From: a virus
Strand: one strand, 5' to 3'
Length of the DNA stretch: 64,000 nucleotides
Virus record (IMG/VR): IMGVR_UViG_3300039191_000589
Span: 46,098-110,097 of that record
Shown piece after piece: positions 10,014 to 19,751 of this stretch. Every line of letters begins with the position of its first letter. Within the stretch, counting starts at the first letter, position 1. The translations under genes were made by a program, and so were the position numbers. Below the pieces are notes generated by a model. That model saw only the letters and a program-made list of their open reading frames with translations. It did no database searches and was not told the origin of the DNA.

Positions 10014-10282
10014 CCAAACAAAATAATGATAATGATAGTAATATAATTAAAATTAATAAACCAATTCCTGATGAACAATTATTTAATTCAACTATGAAAA
10101 ATTTATGTTATAAAGAAGTTTCTAATAGTTTTTTAGTTAAAAATATACAAGGGATTGAAATTAATATTACTCGAAGAAATAATCAAGTTAAATCTATTAC
10201 TGGCTATAAAAACAATGAGATTATAGAAATACCAAAAGAAATTATCGAACAAATAAAAAAAGATATAAATCAAGCTTTGTAG
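9998..10282 (+). CDS. Hypothetical ORF, likely C-terminal part of the 9744 gene
   Basis: Frame open from 9998; no RBS before ATG 10094. Confidence 0.55.
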   Translation, partial: KKKQITKQNNDNDSNIIKINKPIPDEQLFNSTMKNLCYKEVSNSFLVKNIQGIEINITRRNNQVKSITGYKNNEIIEIPKEIIEQIKKDINQAL

Positions 10283-10314
10283 TAAAAAGAGGGGATTATC
10301 CCCTCTTTTTATTT
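10283..10314 (+). terminator. Intrinsic terminator
   Basis: AAAAAGAGGGGAT-T-ATCCCCTCTTTTT. Confidence 0.85.
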
Positions 10315-10379
10315 ATCTATAAAAAAAGTAAAAAAATTTTATTATTTTTTATATGTTATATATATGGAGGTGAAAATGA

Positions 10380-13300
10380 TTGAGTAGAATAATTACTAAC
10401 AATAACAGTAATAACAATAGTAATAATTCTCAACAAGGAACAATTAATCGAAGATATGCAAATCATGGAAACAATGGTAGTATGATGAAATCAGCTATAA
10501 CTGATAAAAATTCACTACCAAATAATGTACAAAATCAAATAAATAAGAAAAAAGGCCCTAGAGCTAGAACAGCTAACGTTAACCGAAATAATACTAATCA
10601 AAATAATAATGGTGGTATGCAAAAACAAGGTGCAGTACCACGTGGTGGATACAACGGGTATGGTGGTGGTATGGCTAGTGGATCAAGTGCTAACATAAAA
10701 CAATCTAGTCCAGAGTTTTATCATCCATTATTTCAAAATTTAAATATGATGTTACCACGTGATAGAAGGGAAAGAAATGAGTGGTGTAGACACTTTTACC
10801 GGGTTGAACCAATTATTGCTACAGCTTTAGATTTACATACTGAATTTCCTATTTCTGATTTTGATAATGTTGCTTCTGATCCATATATTAAAAAATTCTT
10901 TGATCATATGGCTTTTGATAAATTAAATATGGTTAATTTACTTCTTGATATAGGATTAGAATATTGGAAAATAGGTGATGTATTTCCATTTGGGCAAATA
11001 AATGAATCAGAAGGTATGTGGGAAAAGTTTGTATTATTAAATCCTGATTATATAGATATTCAATCATCAGTATTAGCGGAGGATCCAGTAATGGAATTAA
11101 TTCCTGATGCTGAAATACAATCAATTGTTAATTCAGGTCCAAATGGAAAATATGGTGATATATATGATCAATTACCTGATGATGTAATTAGGCAAGTAAA
11201 AATGGGGAAAAACATTAAATTGGATAGTAGATTAGTTTCACAAATTTCACATAAAGCTGCTCAGTATGAAACTTGGGGAACTCCAGTTATGATGCGTTGT
11301 TTTAAAACATTAATTTATAAAGATAAATTACGACAAGCACAAGATGCAATTGCTAATAGACATATTACTCCTTTAAGGGTAGCGAAGATTGGTCAACCAG
11401 GAGAACCAATGCCTTCGCAGGATGATTTAGATGCTTTTAGAGATACTTTAATGCAAGCTGATCAAGATCCTAATTTCTTTTTAGTATATCATTATGGATT
11501 ACAATTTGAATATGTTGGTTCTAATGGTAAAATTCTTCCACTAAACCAAGAATTTGATTTTATTCAAAAAGAACTAATGAATGGATTAGGAATAAATCAA
11601 GCAATGTTAAATGGTGAAGGTCCTACGTATTCAAATGCACAAGTTGGATATGATACTTTAGCACGTCGTTATATGGCTTATAGGTTGCGTTTAGAATCAT
11701 GGATTAAAAATAAGGTATATAAACCAATAGCTGAAATTCAAGGTTTTTATGAATCAAAGAATGGCGAAATAAGTGCTAGTAATATGACTCCTAAGCAAAG
11801 AAAAATTTCAGCTCAACGAGGTGATATGGAATTAGTTATTCCAGATATTACATGGCGTGAACAAGATTTAACTACTAATCAAAGTGCAATGAATTTTATC
11901 CAACAATTACAACAAAAAGGTTTAATTTCTATGCAAACAGTATTACCAATGTTAAACCTTGATCCTGAAACTGAAAAGAAACAACTTGAAGAAGAAAGAG
12001 GAACAGTATTTGATCCAGATGCACCTAAGACAGGTCCTTTACCAAATCAAGGTAGTGGTTCTGGAAATCCAAAACCAGGCGATAAAAAACCATCAACTCC
12101 AGATAAATCTGATAGTGGTGGAGATTCCGGTGGAGATTCAGATACTACTAAAGAAACAAGTATACAAGATTTTTTCAGTAAAACAGGAAGAATAAAAACT
12201 TCGTCATATAATAAAAAAAATAATAAAGAAAAACAATCAGTAGAAGCAACAATAAATTGGCGAAATACTATGGAACAAATTGGATTAAATAGTCAATTTA
12301 AAAAATATTTAATTTCAATAAATCAAGAAGTAGAAGATTATTATAATGAATTATTAAATAATATTGAAGTTGATATGGAGGAAGATCTAGATGAATTTTC
12401 AGAAAATGTTACAGCAGTATTAGATTATTATACTGAACCAATTGTAAAAATAGGAAAAGAAAAAATAGCAAATACAATTAATGAGGATATTGTTGAAGAG
12501 GAAGAGTTTATTAATCACTATAAAAATAATGATTTAAATGATTTTGAAAAAACTTTAAAGGATGCTTTAAATAATTGTTTTGGTGAATTAAATAATAAAA
12601 AATTATTTGAAGAAATTAGTGAAATTATTTTTGGTTTTTGTTTGAAATTATTTAGATATTCTCAATTATTAGAATGTCTTAATCATAATATTAAAACCGT
12701 TTCACTATCCAGTAATTATAATAGTTGTCCTATTTGTAGAACTAAAAGTAAATTTAATCATAATGTAGGTGATTTGATTGATAATATTGATGAGTTTCAT
12801 GAATCATGTAAATTAGTAATTAAACCTAATATAAAAGAAAGTGTTGAAGAATTATCTATTAAAAATACTAATATTAAATTTATTAATATACCAAAATCAA
12901 TCAAAAATGAAATTGAACCACTAATTAATAAGATAAAAATGTCAACACCAGAATTATTAAGTGATAAAACAATTAAATTTGTTAATAATATAAGTGATTT
13001 AGATGAATTTAATACTTTATTAAATAATAATCATCCTAAAGATAGAGTTAATCAAATTATTAATGATGTTCAAGGGAGTGTTGTTTCATTTGAGTATAAT
13101 AATGAGATATTTATTTCAAATGAACATTTAGAAAATATTAAAAATATTATTCTTAAATCAATATTAAAGGATAAATTAATGTTAAATAATGATTTAGGTT
13201 TTTGGAGAAAAGAATATAATAATAAGAAAAAATCAAAATATATTGGTAATGGAGTATCAATCTATGCTAAACCTTTTATAAATTATTTAGCTGAAGAAGA

Positions 13301-13430
13301 TTTTAAAACATATTTTATTGAAAGTGCTATATATTATATTTTAAATCCACAATTATTAAAATCTATTGATAAAAATAATTATAAACAGCTTAAGGAAAAT
13401 GTATTTAATAATATAGAGTTTAGGGTGTGA
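10380..13430 (+). CDS. Portal protein fused to a MuF/head-morphogenesis-like and degenerate zincin-like C-terminal region
   Basis: Portal-like core (FYRVEPIIATALDLHTEFP, IGDVFPF, LNPDYIDI, WGTPVMMR, GEGPTYSNAQV); position upstream of protease and capsid; C-terminal CPIC...FHESC. Confidence 0.75.
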   Translation: MSRIITNNNSNNNSNNSQQGTINRRYANHGNNGSMMKSAITDKNSLPNNVQNQINKKKGPRARTANVNRNNTNQNNNGGMQKQGAVPRGGYNGYGGGMASGSSANIKQSSPEFYHPLFQNLNMMLPRDRRERNEWCRHFYRVEPIIATALDLHTEFPISDFDNVASDPYIKKFFDHMAFDKLNMVNLLLDIGLEYWKIGDVFPFGQINESEGMWEKFVLLNPDYIDIQSSVLAEDPVMELIPDAEIQSIVNSGPNGKYGDIYDQLPDDVIRQVKMGKNIKLDSRLVSQISHKAAQYETWGTPVMMRCFKTLIYKDKLRQAQDAIANRHITPLRVAKIGQPGEPMPSQDDLDAFRDTLMQADQDPNFFLVYHYGLQFEYVGSNGKILPLNQEFDFIQKELMNGLGINQAMLNGEGPTYSNAQVGYDTLARRYMAYRLRLESWIKNKVYKPIAEIQGFYESKNGEISASNMTPKQRKISAQRGDMELVIPDITWREQDLTTNQSAMNFIQQLQQKGLISMQTVLPMLNLDPETEKKQLEEERGTVFDPDAPKTGPLPNQGSGSGNPKPGDKKPSTPDKSDSGGDSGGDSDTTKETSIQDFFSKTGRIKTSSYNKKNNKEKQSVEATINWRNTMEQIGLNSQFKKYLISINQEVEDYYNELLNNIEVDMEEDLDEFSENVTAVLDYYTEPIVKIGKEKIANTINEDIVEEEEFINHYKNNDLNDFEKTLKDALNNCFGELNNKKLFEEISEIIFGFCLKLFRYSQLLECLNHNIKTVSLSSNYNSCPICRTKSKFNHNVGDLIDNIDEFHESCKLVIKPNIKESVEELSIKNTNIKFINIPKSIKNEIEPLINKIKMSTPELLSDKTIKFVNNISDLDEFNTLLNNNHPKDRVNQIINDVQGSVVSFEYNNEIFISNEHLENIKNIILKSILKDKLMLNNDLGFWRKEYNNKKKSKYIGNGVSIYAKPFINYLAEEDFKTYFIESAIYYILNPQLLKSIDKNNYKQLKENVFNNIEFRV

Positions 13431-13434
13431 TTAT

Positions 13435-13779
13435 ATGAATATAGGAATTATTTGTAATATAAATGATAATAAACCTATTGGAGTTATTGGAATTGAAGAT
13501 AGTGGTGGAGAAGTTGATTTTATTACTCAATCAGAAAAACTTAATAGTGCTATAAGTATAATTTTAGAGCAAGATAAAATTAAAATGCCAATTAAAGAAG
13601 GTTTAGAACAAAACGAAATTATTAGAAATAAATATGTTACTTCAAATACTCCTCATTATTTATCTGGAATTAATTATAATTTACCTCGTCCTTGGAGAAT
13701 ATTAGGGGTGAGGTATCTAAAGGGAACCTTACAAGATCAATTAAAGAAAATGTATGATGAAATAAATCAATTAGAATAA
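13435..13779 (+). CDS. Hypothetical protein
   Basis: ORF closely coupled to portal stop. Confidence 0.7.
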   Translation: MNIGIICNINDNKPIGVIGIEDSGGEVDFITQSEKLNSAISIILEQDKIKMPIKEGLEQNEIIRNKYVTSNTPHYLSGINYNLPRPWRILGVRYLKGTLQDQLKKMYDEINQLE

Positions 13780-13793
13780 GAGGGGGTGTTTTA

Positions 13794-14135
13794 ATGAAAA
13801 GACTAATAAAAAAAGAGGGTAATAATGTATCTCCAAAAATGCATGAAGAAGTTGAAAAACATATAGAAGATTCTAATAAAGGTAAAAATAGATCAAGAGA
13901 ATTATATTCTCAACAAGAATATATTACAGCCAAAAGAATTTTAGCGGAAATACCTGTTACTCCAACCAATGAAAGGATTTATGAATTAGTTGAAGATATA
14001 AAAAAAGGAGAGTTTAAAGATATTTCTACTGTTGCTCAAGCGAAAAAGAATTGGTCTGATTGGGTAAAAAGAACCACTACAATTTTAAAAGATCGTGGAG
14101 TAATTGGAACACAAGTTAATAATAATATAGAATAA
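13794..14135 (+). CDS. Hypothetical protein with MKRLIKK N-terminus
   Basis: RBS GAGGGGG; ORF. Confidence 0.7.
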   Translation: MKRLIKKEGNNVSPKMHEEVEKHIEDSNKGKNRSRELYSQQEYITAKRILAEIPVTPTNERIYELVEDIKKGEFKDISTVAQAKKNWSDWVKRTTTILKDRGVIGTQVNNNIE

Positions 14136-14156
14136 TATAAATGGAGGCTGGTTTTT

Positions 14157-14696
14157 ATGAGTAAAGTTAAAATTAAAAATAATATGAAAAATACTACATT
14201 AACATTAGGAAATAAAAAGGTTGGTTTTAATAAAACAATTAATTTAACTAATGAGGAATTTAATAAATATATTACATTAGATATGATTAATAATAATGAT
14301 GTTATTTTAATGGAAAAAATTCCTAATAAACTTGATGAGCTAAATAATTCTACTGGTGATGTTGATACAATTGATGAGGTAAAAGAAATAATTGATAATA
14401 TTAATAATAGTATTGATTCATTAGAAACAACAACTAGTTCACTTCAAAGTACAACTGGTGATTTATCCACTGAAAATTCTAATTTATCTAATGAAATTAA
14501 TACAATTAATGAGGATTTATCCTCTATTAAAACTGATATTACTAATTTACAAACTGATGTATCTTCATTACAAGATAATTTATCACAATTAACTACCGAC
14601 GTAAGTACAAATAGTGATGATATTTCCACAATTGAGACAGATTTAATAAATTTAGAAGATAGAATAACACAATTAGAAAATAATACAACTGCATAA
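14157..14696 (+). CDS. Coiled-coil protein, possible head fibre/whisker
   Basis: Long heptad pattern in C-terminal half; RBS GGAGG. Confidence 0.6.
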   Translation: MSKVKIKNNMKNTTLTLGNKKVGFNKTINLTNEEFNKYITLDMINNNDVILMEKIPNKLDELNNSTGDVDTIDEVKEIIDNINNSIDSLETTTSSLQSTTGDLSTENSNLSNEINTINEDLSSIKTDITNLQTDVSSLQDNLSQLTTDVSTNSDDISTIETDLINLEDRITQLENNTTA

Positions 14697-14702
14697 TTTA
14701 TT

Positions 14703-14733
14703 AATAGAAGGGTTTTTTCCCTTCTATTTTTTT
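14703..14733 (+). terminator. Intrinsic terminator
   Basis: AATAGAAGGG / CCCTTCTATT + T run. Confidence 0.8.
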
Positions 14734-14804
14734 ATTTTATTATATTTTTTTATCTTATGTTTATTTAAAATATGAACAATAATATTATTTAAGGTGGTGA
14801 AGGT

Positions 14805-15728
14805 ATGTTAATTAAAACTGATACACAATTTAAAATTAATGATTATTATACCAACAAAGATGAAATAACTTTTGTTACTAATAAAGAGCCTGATTTTAAT
14901 TTATTAAAACAATCAGATACATTGAAGGTTAATAAAAAAGTAAAAAAAATTATGAAAACAGCAAAAAAGGTTAAAATTGCTCCTAAAGAAAGTGATTTTA
15001 TTTATGTAAGAAATAGAGCTGTTTCAGCAGGGAATGTAATTGATAAAAAAAATGGTGAAACACAATTAATTCCAATTGATGAATTTTATAAGTTTTTTGA
15101 GAAATATGCTAATAAAGTAAGAGGGGCAAATGATAATGGAGATTTCTTTTCCCATGAAGAGTTAAAAAGAACTTATAAAACGTTTATAGGTAAATCTGCT
15201 TTTGTTGATCATCAAAATGATAATGTAGAAGATGCTCGTGGTATTATTTTAGATGCAGTATATAATGAAAAAGGTAGGTTTGTTGAACTATTAAAAGCAG
15301 TAGATAAAAAAGCATATCCTGAATTAGCAAGAGGAATCGAATTGGGATATATTACAGATACTTCAATGGGATGTCGTTGTGGTTATTCTATATGTTCAAT
15401 TTGTCAAAATGAAGCTACAACTGAGGATGAATTTTGTGAACATGTTTTATATTATAAAGGTACTTCATATAATGGATTGCCGGTTTTTGAGGATAATAGA
15501 GAAATTGAATTTTTTGAAGATTCATTTGTTACTCAAGGTGCTGATGAAGATGCTAAAATTATGGAGAAGGTTGCTAAAATACAAAAAAATACTACTATTA
15601 AAAAACATAATAAAAGTTCACATAATAATAAACTAATGCAAAAAATTGCTAATGAACAAAATAAAAGAACTCGAAAAGGTAGAGTTAATACAATGTCAAA
15701 TAAATTAAATAATTTACCTTGGACTTAA
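14805..15728 (+). CDS. Prohead (capsid maturation) protease-like protein
   Basis: NDNGDFF..EL...YKTFIGK..FVDH, ARGIILDA, DTSMGC, CSIC...CEH; sits between portal and capsid genes. Confidence 0.7.
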   Translation: MLIKTDTQFKINDYYTNKDEITFVTNKEPDFNLLKQSDTLKVNKKVKKIMKTAKKVKIAPKESDFIYVRNRAVSAGNVIDKKNGETQLIPIDEFYKFFEKYANKVRGANDNGDFFSHEELKRTYKTFIGKSAFVDHQNDNVEDARGIILDAVYNEKGRFVELLKAVDKKAYPELARGIELGYITDTSMGCRCGYSICSICQNEATTEDEFCEHVLYYKGTSYNGLPVFEDNREIEFFEDSFVTQGADEDAKIMEKVAKIQKNTTIKKHNKSSHNNKLMQKIANEQNKRTRKGRVNTMSNKLNNLPWT

Positions 15729-15789
15729 CTTATATTTTATATATTTTATTTTATTTAAATATTAAAGAATTGAAATTAGGAGGAAAAAT

Positions 15790-16341
15790 ATGAAACGGTT
15801 AATAAGAAAAGCATTAATGGATCCTGAAACATTTGAAAATGCGATTGAACAATTAGGTACCCAAGGGAGAGATATTTTAAAAGAAATTGAAGAATTTAAA
15901 TATAAATTAGATCAAGTTACTAGGATTACTCAAAATGATGAACAATTAACTAATAAATTAGAAAATAAAAAAAATGCTGTAGATAAAGCTGCTAATCAAT
16001 TATATACAATTATATTTGATTTGGAAAATTTAGATATAACTCAATTATATCATCAATATGATGAAAATGTAAATGATCAAATGCCTCATAATCCATCTGA
16101 TACACCAGAACAGCCTGGGGATATGAATACTAATGATGAAGAAAATGAACGCGAATATGACTCACCTGATGACACTGAGGATATTGAGACGCCTGATAAT
16201 CCTAATAGTGATAATAATGAAGATGAAAATAATGAAGATAACGAAGATAATGAAAGTGGAGATAATGAAAATAATGATGATGGTGAAGAAGAAAATAATG
16301 AAGAAAATGAAAATAATGAAGAAAATGAAGAAAATAACTAA
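15790..16341 (+). CDS. Helical protein with MKRLIRK N-terminus and acidic tail
   Basis: RBS AGGAGG; E/N/D-rich C-terminus. Confidence 0.7.
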   Translation: MKRLIRKALMDPETFENAIEQLGTQGRDILKEIEEFKYKLDQVTRITQNDEQLTNKLENKKNAVDKAANQLYTIIFDLENLDITQLYHQYDENVNDQMPHNPSDTPEQPGDMNTNDEENEREYDSPDDTEDIETPDNPNSDNNEDENNEDNEDNESGDNENNDDGEEENNEENENNEENEENN

Positions 16342-16370
16342 TATTTTTAAAAGAAAGGAGTATTAAGATT

Positions 16371-17372
16371 ATGAAGAATAAAAAATTGGGTATTAAAGTT
16401 ATTGATAAAATTAATAATGATCAAAAAACATCAACGAAAAAAAATGGATATAAAATAAAACTTTCCAACAATTCTCGGCTAAAGAAAAAGGAAAGTAAAC
16501 AAGAATATGTTGATGATATTCAAACTCAAGTTTCTCCTTTAAGCCCACAAATATCTAAAAATGAACAAAATAAAGATCAAAAAGATAAAGAGGTTAGTAA
16601 GGATGAAATTGAAGAAATTAAAACAAAAAGAAAAGTTAATCAATTAAAACAAGAACAAAATAAAAAGCAATCAGATAAATTAAAAGGTGATTTAGCCGAT
16701 GAATTAATTGATATTGCCGTTATGAAAGATATGATTGCCGAAGAAGATGTTGAAATAGAAAAACAAAAAATAATTGCAATGAATGATGAAGAATATAAGA
16801 AATATAAAGAAAAAGTTGTAAATTATGAAGTTAATGGAGAAGTAACTAGTAAGGAAGATGAGTTTGAAGATAAAGAAGAATTAAGTGAGGCTGAAAAAAT
16901 GCTACAAAGAGTTAAAGGAACTGGAGGAAATATTGGAGATTTTTCTAAAGGTCCATCAAAATCATCAATGCCATCTCCTTCATCAATGCCTCAGCAATCA
17001 CAATCTAATGATAATAATAAAAGATCATTAAGTGAAGCAAAAAATAAAAATTTAAGTAATAGTATTACATTTGATAATCAACAAGCTCCTCCTTCTTTTA
17101 AGGATGGGGTTGCTGCAAATTTATCAAAACAATTTAACCAACAAAACAATCAAACATCTAACCAACAAAGTAATCAAATGTCTAACCAGCAAAAAACTGC
17201 TAATAAACAAACAAAAGAAGCTAAAAAAGAGTTACCTGGATTTGAAGATTTACAGGGATTAACTAAACCATTACAAATCTCTGATAAATCATCATCTAAA
17301 TATCCATCAAATAGTAATATTAAACAATTAATTGAAAATTTAGATTGGACAACAATGTCTAAAGTTCATTAA
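16371..17372 (+). CDS. Putative capsid scaffolding protein
   Basis: Charged, helical/low-complexity; upstream of capsid genes; C-terminal LIENLDWT resembles protease C-terminus. Confidence 0.55.
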   Translation: MKNKKLGIKVIDKINNDQKTSTKKNGYKIKLSNNSRLKKKESKQEYVDDIQTQVSPLSPQISKNEQNKDQKDKEVSKDEIEEIKTKRKVNQLKQEQNKKQSDKLKGDLADELIDIAVMKDMIAEEDVEIEKQKIIAMNDEEYKKYKEKVVNYEVNGEVTSKEDEFEDKEELSEAEKMLQRVKGTGGNIGDFSKGPSKSSMPSPSSMPQQSQSNDNNKRSLSEAKNKNLSNSITFDNQQAPPSFKDGVAANLSKQFNQQNNQTSNQQSNQMSNQQKTANKQTKEAKKELPGFEDLQGLTKPLQISDKSSSKYPSNSNIKQLIENLDWTTMSKVH

Positions 17373-17503
17373 AATTTTAAAAAAACTGTTATATTTAGTT
17401 TTAAAAATAGTATATAATAATTGAAATGATATTTTGTTGCAATAGTTGTAAATCAGCAACATAAAAAAATATAAATATATTTTCATTTGGAGGTGCAAAT
17501 TAA

Positions 17504-18016
17504 ATGGCTGGAGGACACAAAGAGTTTGGACCAACTTATAATACTACTACGTGGGTCCGATTAGGAATTGAAGGAGATTTAAATGGTAATCATCCTGTAG
17601 ATGTTACTGAAGCTCAAAATGTAGATGGAGAATTAGCTGGAAAATTTGCTGCAATAGGTGCTAATGGAGTTAAGCTTGGAACAGATGGTGGAACTGATGT
17701 AGTTGGATTATATAGAGAAGATTTAGGAGATATGATGAGTGCTTCTGAGAAAGCTACTTTTTATTTCCGCGGTGGAGAATATTATGTTTCTGAGCATAGA
17801 TTAGGAACTGCTTTAGCAGATTTCTCTGAAGGTGATGAAATTACTAGTAATGCTAATGGAGAAATTATTCCAGTTGGACAATCTGCTGCTGCAACACCTA
17901 AAGTACTTGGTACTGTTGTTCACGCTGGCGAATATGATTCTGGTAATATGTATGAACATGTTGCACCAGGCAATTTAGAAGGCGGAAGTTATTTAGGCTT
18001 TATTATGCATGTTTAA
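17504..18016 (+). CDS. Putative capsid decoration/cement protein
   Basis: Gly-rich beta protein directly upstream of major capsid gene with the same TTTGGAGGTGCAA leader. Confidence 0.55.
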   Translation: MAGGHKEFGPTYNTTTWVRLGIEGDLNGNHPVDVTEAQNVDGELAGKFAAIGANGVKLGTDGGTDVVGLYREDLGDMMSASEKATFYFRGGEYYVSEHRLGTALADFSEGDEITSNANGEIIPVGQSAAATPKVLGTVVHAGEYDSGNMYEHVAPGNLEGGSYLGFIMHV

Positions 18017-18065
18017 TCAAACAAAATTATATTAAAATAATGAAAATCTTTTGGAGGTGCAATAA

Positions 18066-19004
18066 ATGAATCTTGACAAAACTGCATTAACGAATAGTAA
18101 TGCATTTAGTAATATAGCTAATGGAGATGGTGGTGCTGCTCAAGGTGGCGGCGAAGGAATGTCGGATGAACAAAAAGAATATTTAATTGCAAAGGCGTTA
18201 GAAACTGAAGAAGGACGAAGTGCTTTAGCACAAGCAATGGCTAATCCAATTAGAACTTCTTTGGATTATCAAGGTGTAGGAAGAAAATTATTAGTGGTAG
18301 ATCCATTACCACAAGGTGCACTACCTGTTTATGATAAAGATGTAGATGCAAAAGCATTTACAATTAGTAAACGTGGTAAAGCTCCTGATCAAATTATTGA
18401 AGGAGACAGAATTCAAGTACCAACTTTTGAAGTTGTTTCTTATCCACAAGTTAGATTTAGTCAAGTTAAAGAAAGACGATTTAATGTTATTGATCGTGCT
18501 CAACAACGTGCTAAATCTGATATTATGGCTGTTGAAGATGAAAACATCTTTAATTTAATTGATTCTGCAGCTACTTCTGTTAATCCTAAAACAGTTTCAA
18601 CAGGTGGATTAACAAGAGACGCTTTAACTCAAGCATTTAAAGAAATTGAAAAGCATGATTTAGTAGTTACTAAGATTGTAATGAATGCTACTACATTTGC
18701 TGATATTAGAGCTTGGGGACGAGACGAATTTGATCCAGTTACTCAACATGAAGTATTACAAACTGGTTTATTCGGACATATCTGGACTGCTGATATTTTA
18801 ATTAGTAAGAAAGTTCCTCAAGATACAGTTTACGTATTAGCTGATCCTGAATTTGTTGGGGTAATGCCTATTCGTCAAGATATTCAAGTTATTCCTGCTG
18901 ATAAACCTGAAGAATTACGACTTGGTTGGGTTATTTATGAGGAAATTGGATTATCTGTTGTTAATGGTATGGCTGTTGCAAAGATTGAAATAACTAATAC
19001 TTAA
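18066..19004 (+). CDS. Major capsid protein (HK97 fold)
   Basis: LAQAMANPIRTSLDYQGVGRKLLVVDPLPQGALPVYDKD, FEVVSYPQV...KERRFNVIDRAQ, GWVIYEEIG pattern of large-phage capsid proteins; strong RBS; followed by terminator. Confidence 0.88.
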   Translation: MNLDKTALTNSNAFSNIANGDGGAAQGGGEGMSDEQKEYLIAKALETEEGRSALAQAMANPIRTSLDYQGVGRKLLVVDPLPQGALPVYDKDVDAKAFTISKRGKAPDQIIEGDRIQVPTFEVVSYPQVRFSQVKERRFNVIDRAQQRAKSDIMAVEDENIFNLIDSAATSVNPKTVSTGGLTRDALTQAFKEIEKHDLVVTKIVMNATTFADIRAWGRDEFDPVTQHEVLQTGLFGHIWTADILISKKVPQDTVYVLADPEFVGVMPIRQDIQVIPADKPEELRLGWVIYEEIGLSVVNGMAVAKIEITNT

Positions 19005-19073
19005 TAAATAATTATTATATTTTAAAATTATATTATATCGGATTAATATTTATATTATATATTATATTATATC

Positions 19074-19103
19074 TAAAGGATGGGGGTTATACCTCATCCT
19101 TTA
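19074..19103 (+). terminator. Intrinsic terminator after capsid gene
   Basis: TAAAGGATGGGGGT-TAT-ACCTCATCCTTTA hairpin. Confidence 0.65.
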
Positions 19104-19123
19104 ATTAGTATAGGGGGAGTATA

Positions 19124-19549
19124 ATGAAAAGGTTAATAAAAAAATCATTATTAGATGATGATATTGAACCAGATTTTAATTTTGATCCTGAAAATTTGGA
19201 TTTTAAAGAATACTTAATTAATTTAGATGGGATAATAGAGGATGAAAGAGATAGTGCTATTACTTATATTGATGGTGAGTTTTTTGAAGGGAATAGTCAT
19301 GGATATGGTATTAATCAATATTTTGATAATAATAAAAGTTTTTTAGAAAATTATCAGGAATTAGAAAATAACCATGAAATAGCATATTTAAATAAATTTA
19401 CTCATAATAATAAAATATACATTGTTATTGATTCAAATACATTTGATATGAATTTAAATAAATTACTTAAAGAAATAAAAAAAGAATATACTAATATAGA
19501 AGAAATATATCAAGCAAATTCTAGTAGAACAAACTTTAAAAAATTATAA
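19124..19549 (+). CDS. Hypothetical protein with MKRLIKKS N-terminus
   Basis: RBS GGGGGAG; ORF. Confidence 0.7.
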   Translation: MKRLIKKSLLDDDIEPDFNFDPENLDFKEYLINLDGIIEDERDSAITYIDGEFFEGNSHGYGINQYFDNNKSFLENYQELENNHEIAYLNKFTHNNKIYIVIDSNTFDMNLNKLLKEIKKEYTNIEEIYQANSSRTNFKKL

Positions 19550-19570
19550 TTAAATAAAAATAAAATAATA

Positions 19571-19610
19571 AAAAATGACCACTTACATAGGTGGTTATTT
19601 TTTATTTTTA
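19571..19610 (+). terminator. Intrinsic terminator
   Basis: AATGACCACTTA / TAGGTGGTTATT + T run. Confidence 0.75.
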
Positions 19611-19751
19611 ATGGTATTATTAATTTTAATATGTTAATATTTAAGTTATATTTAATATTTGAAAAAGAAAATTAAATAAATAGAATATTTTTTTTTATTA
19701 TTCTATATGTAAAAGAGTTAAAAATTCTTAAAAAGGAGGGAATAAAATTAA

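Noticed and set aside
18066-19004. Encapsulin nanocompartment
   Set aside because: Portal, protease and scaffold context indicates a phage capsid
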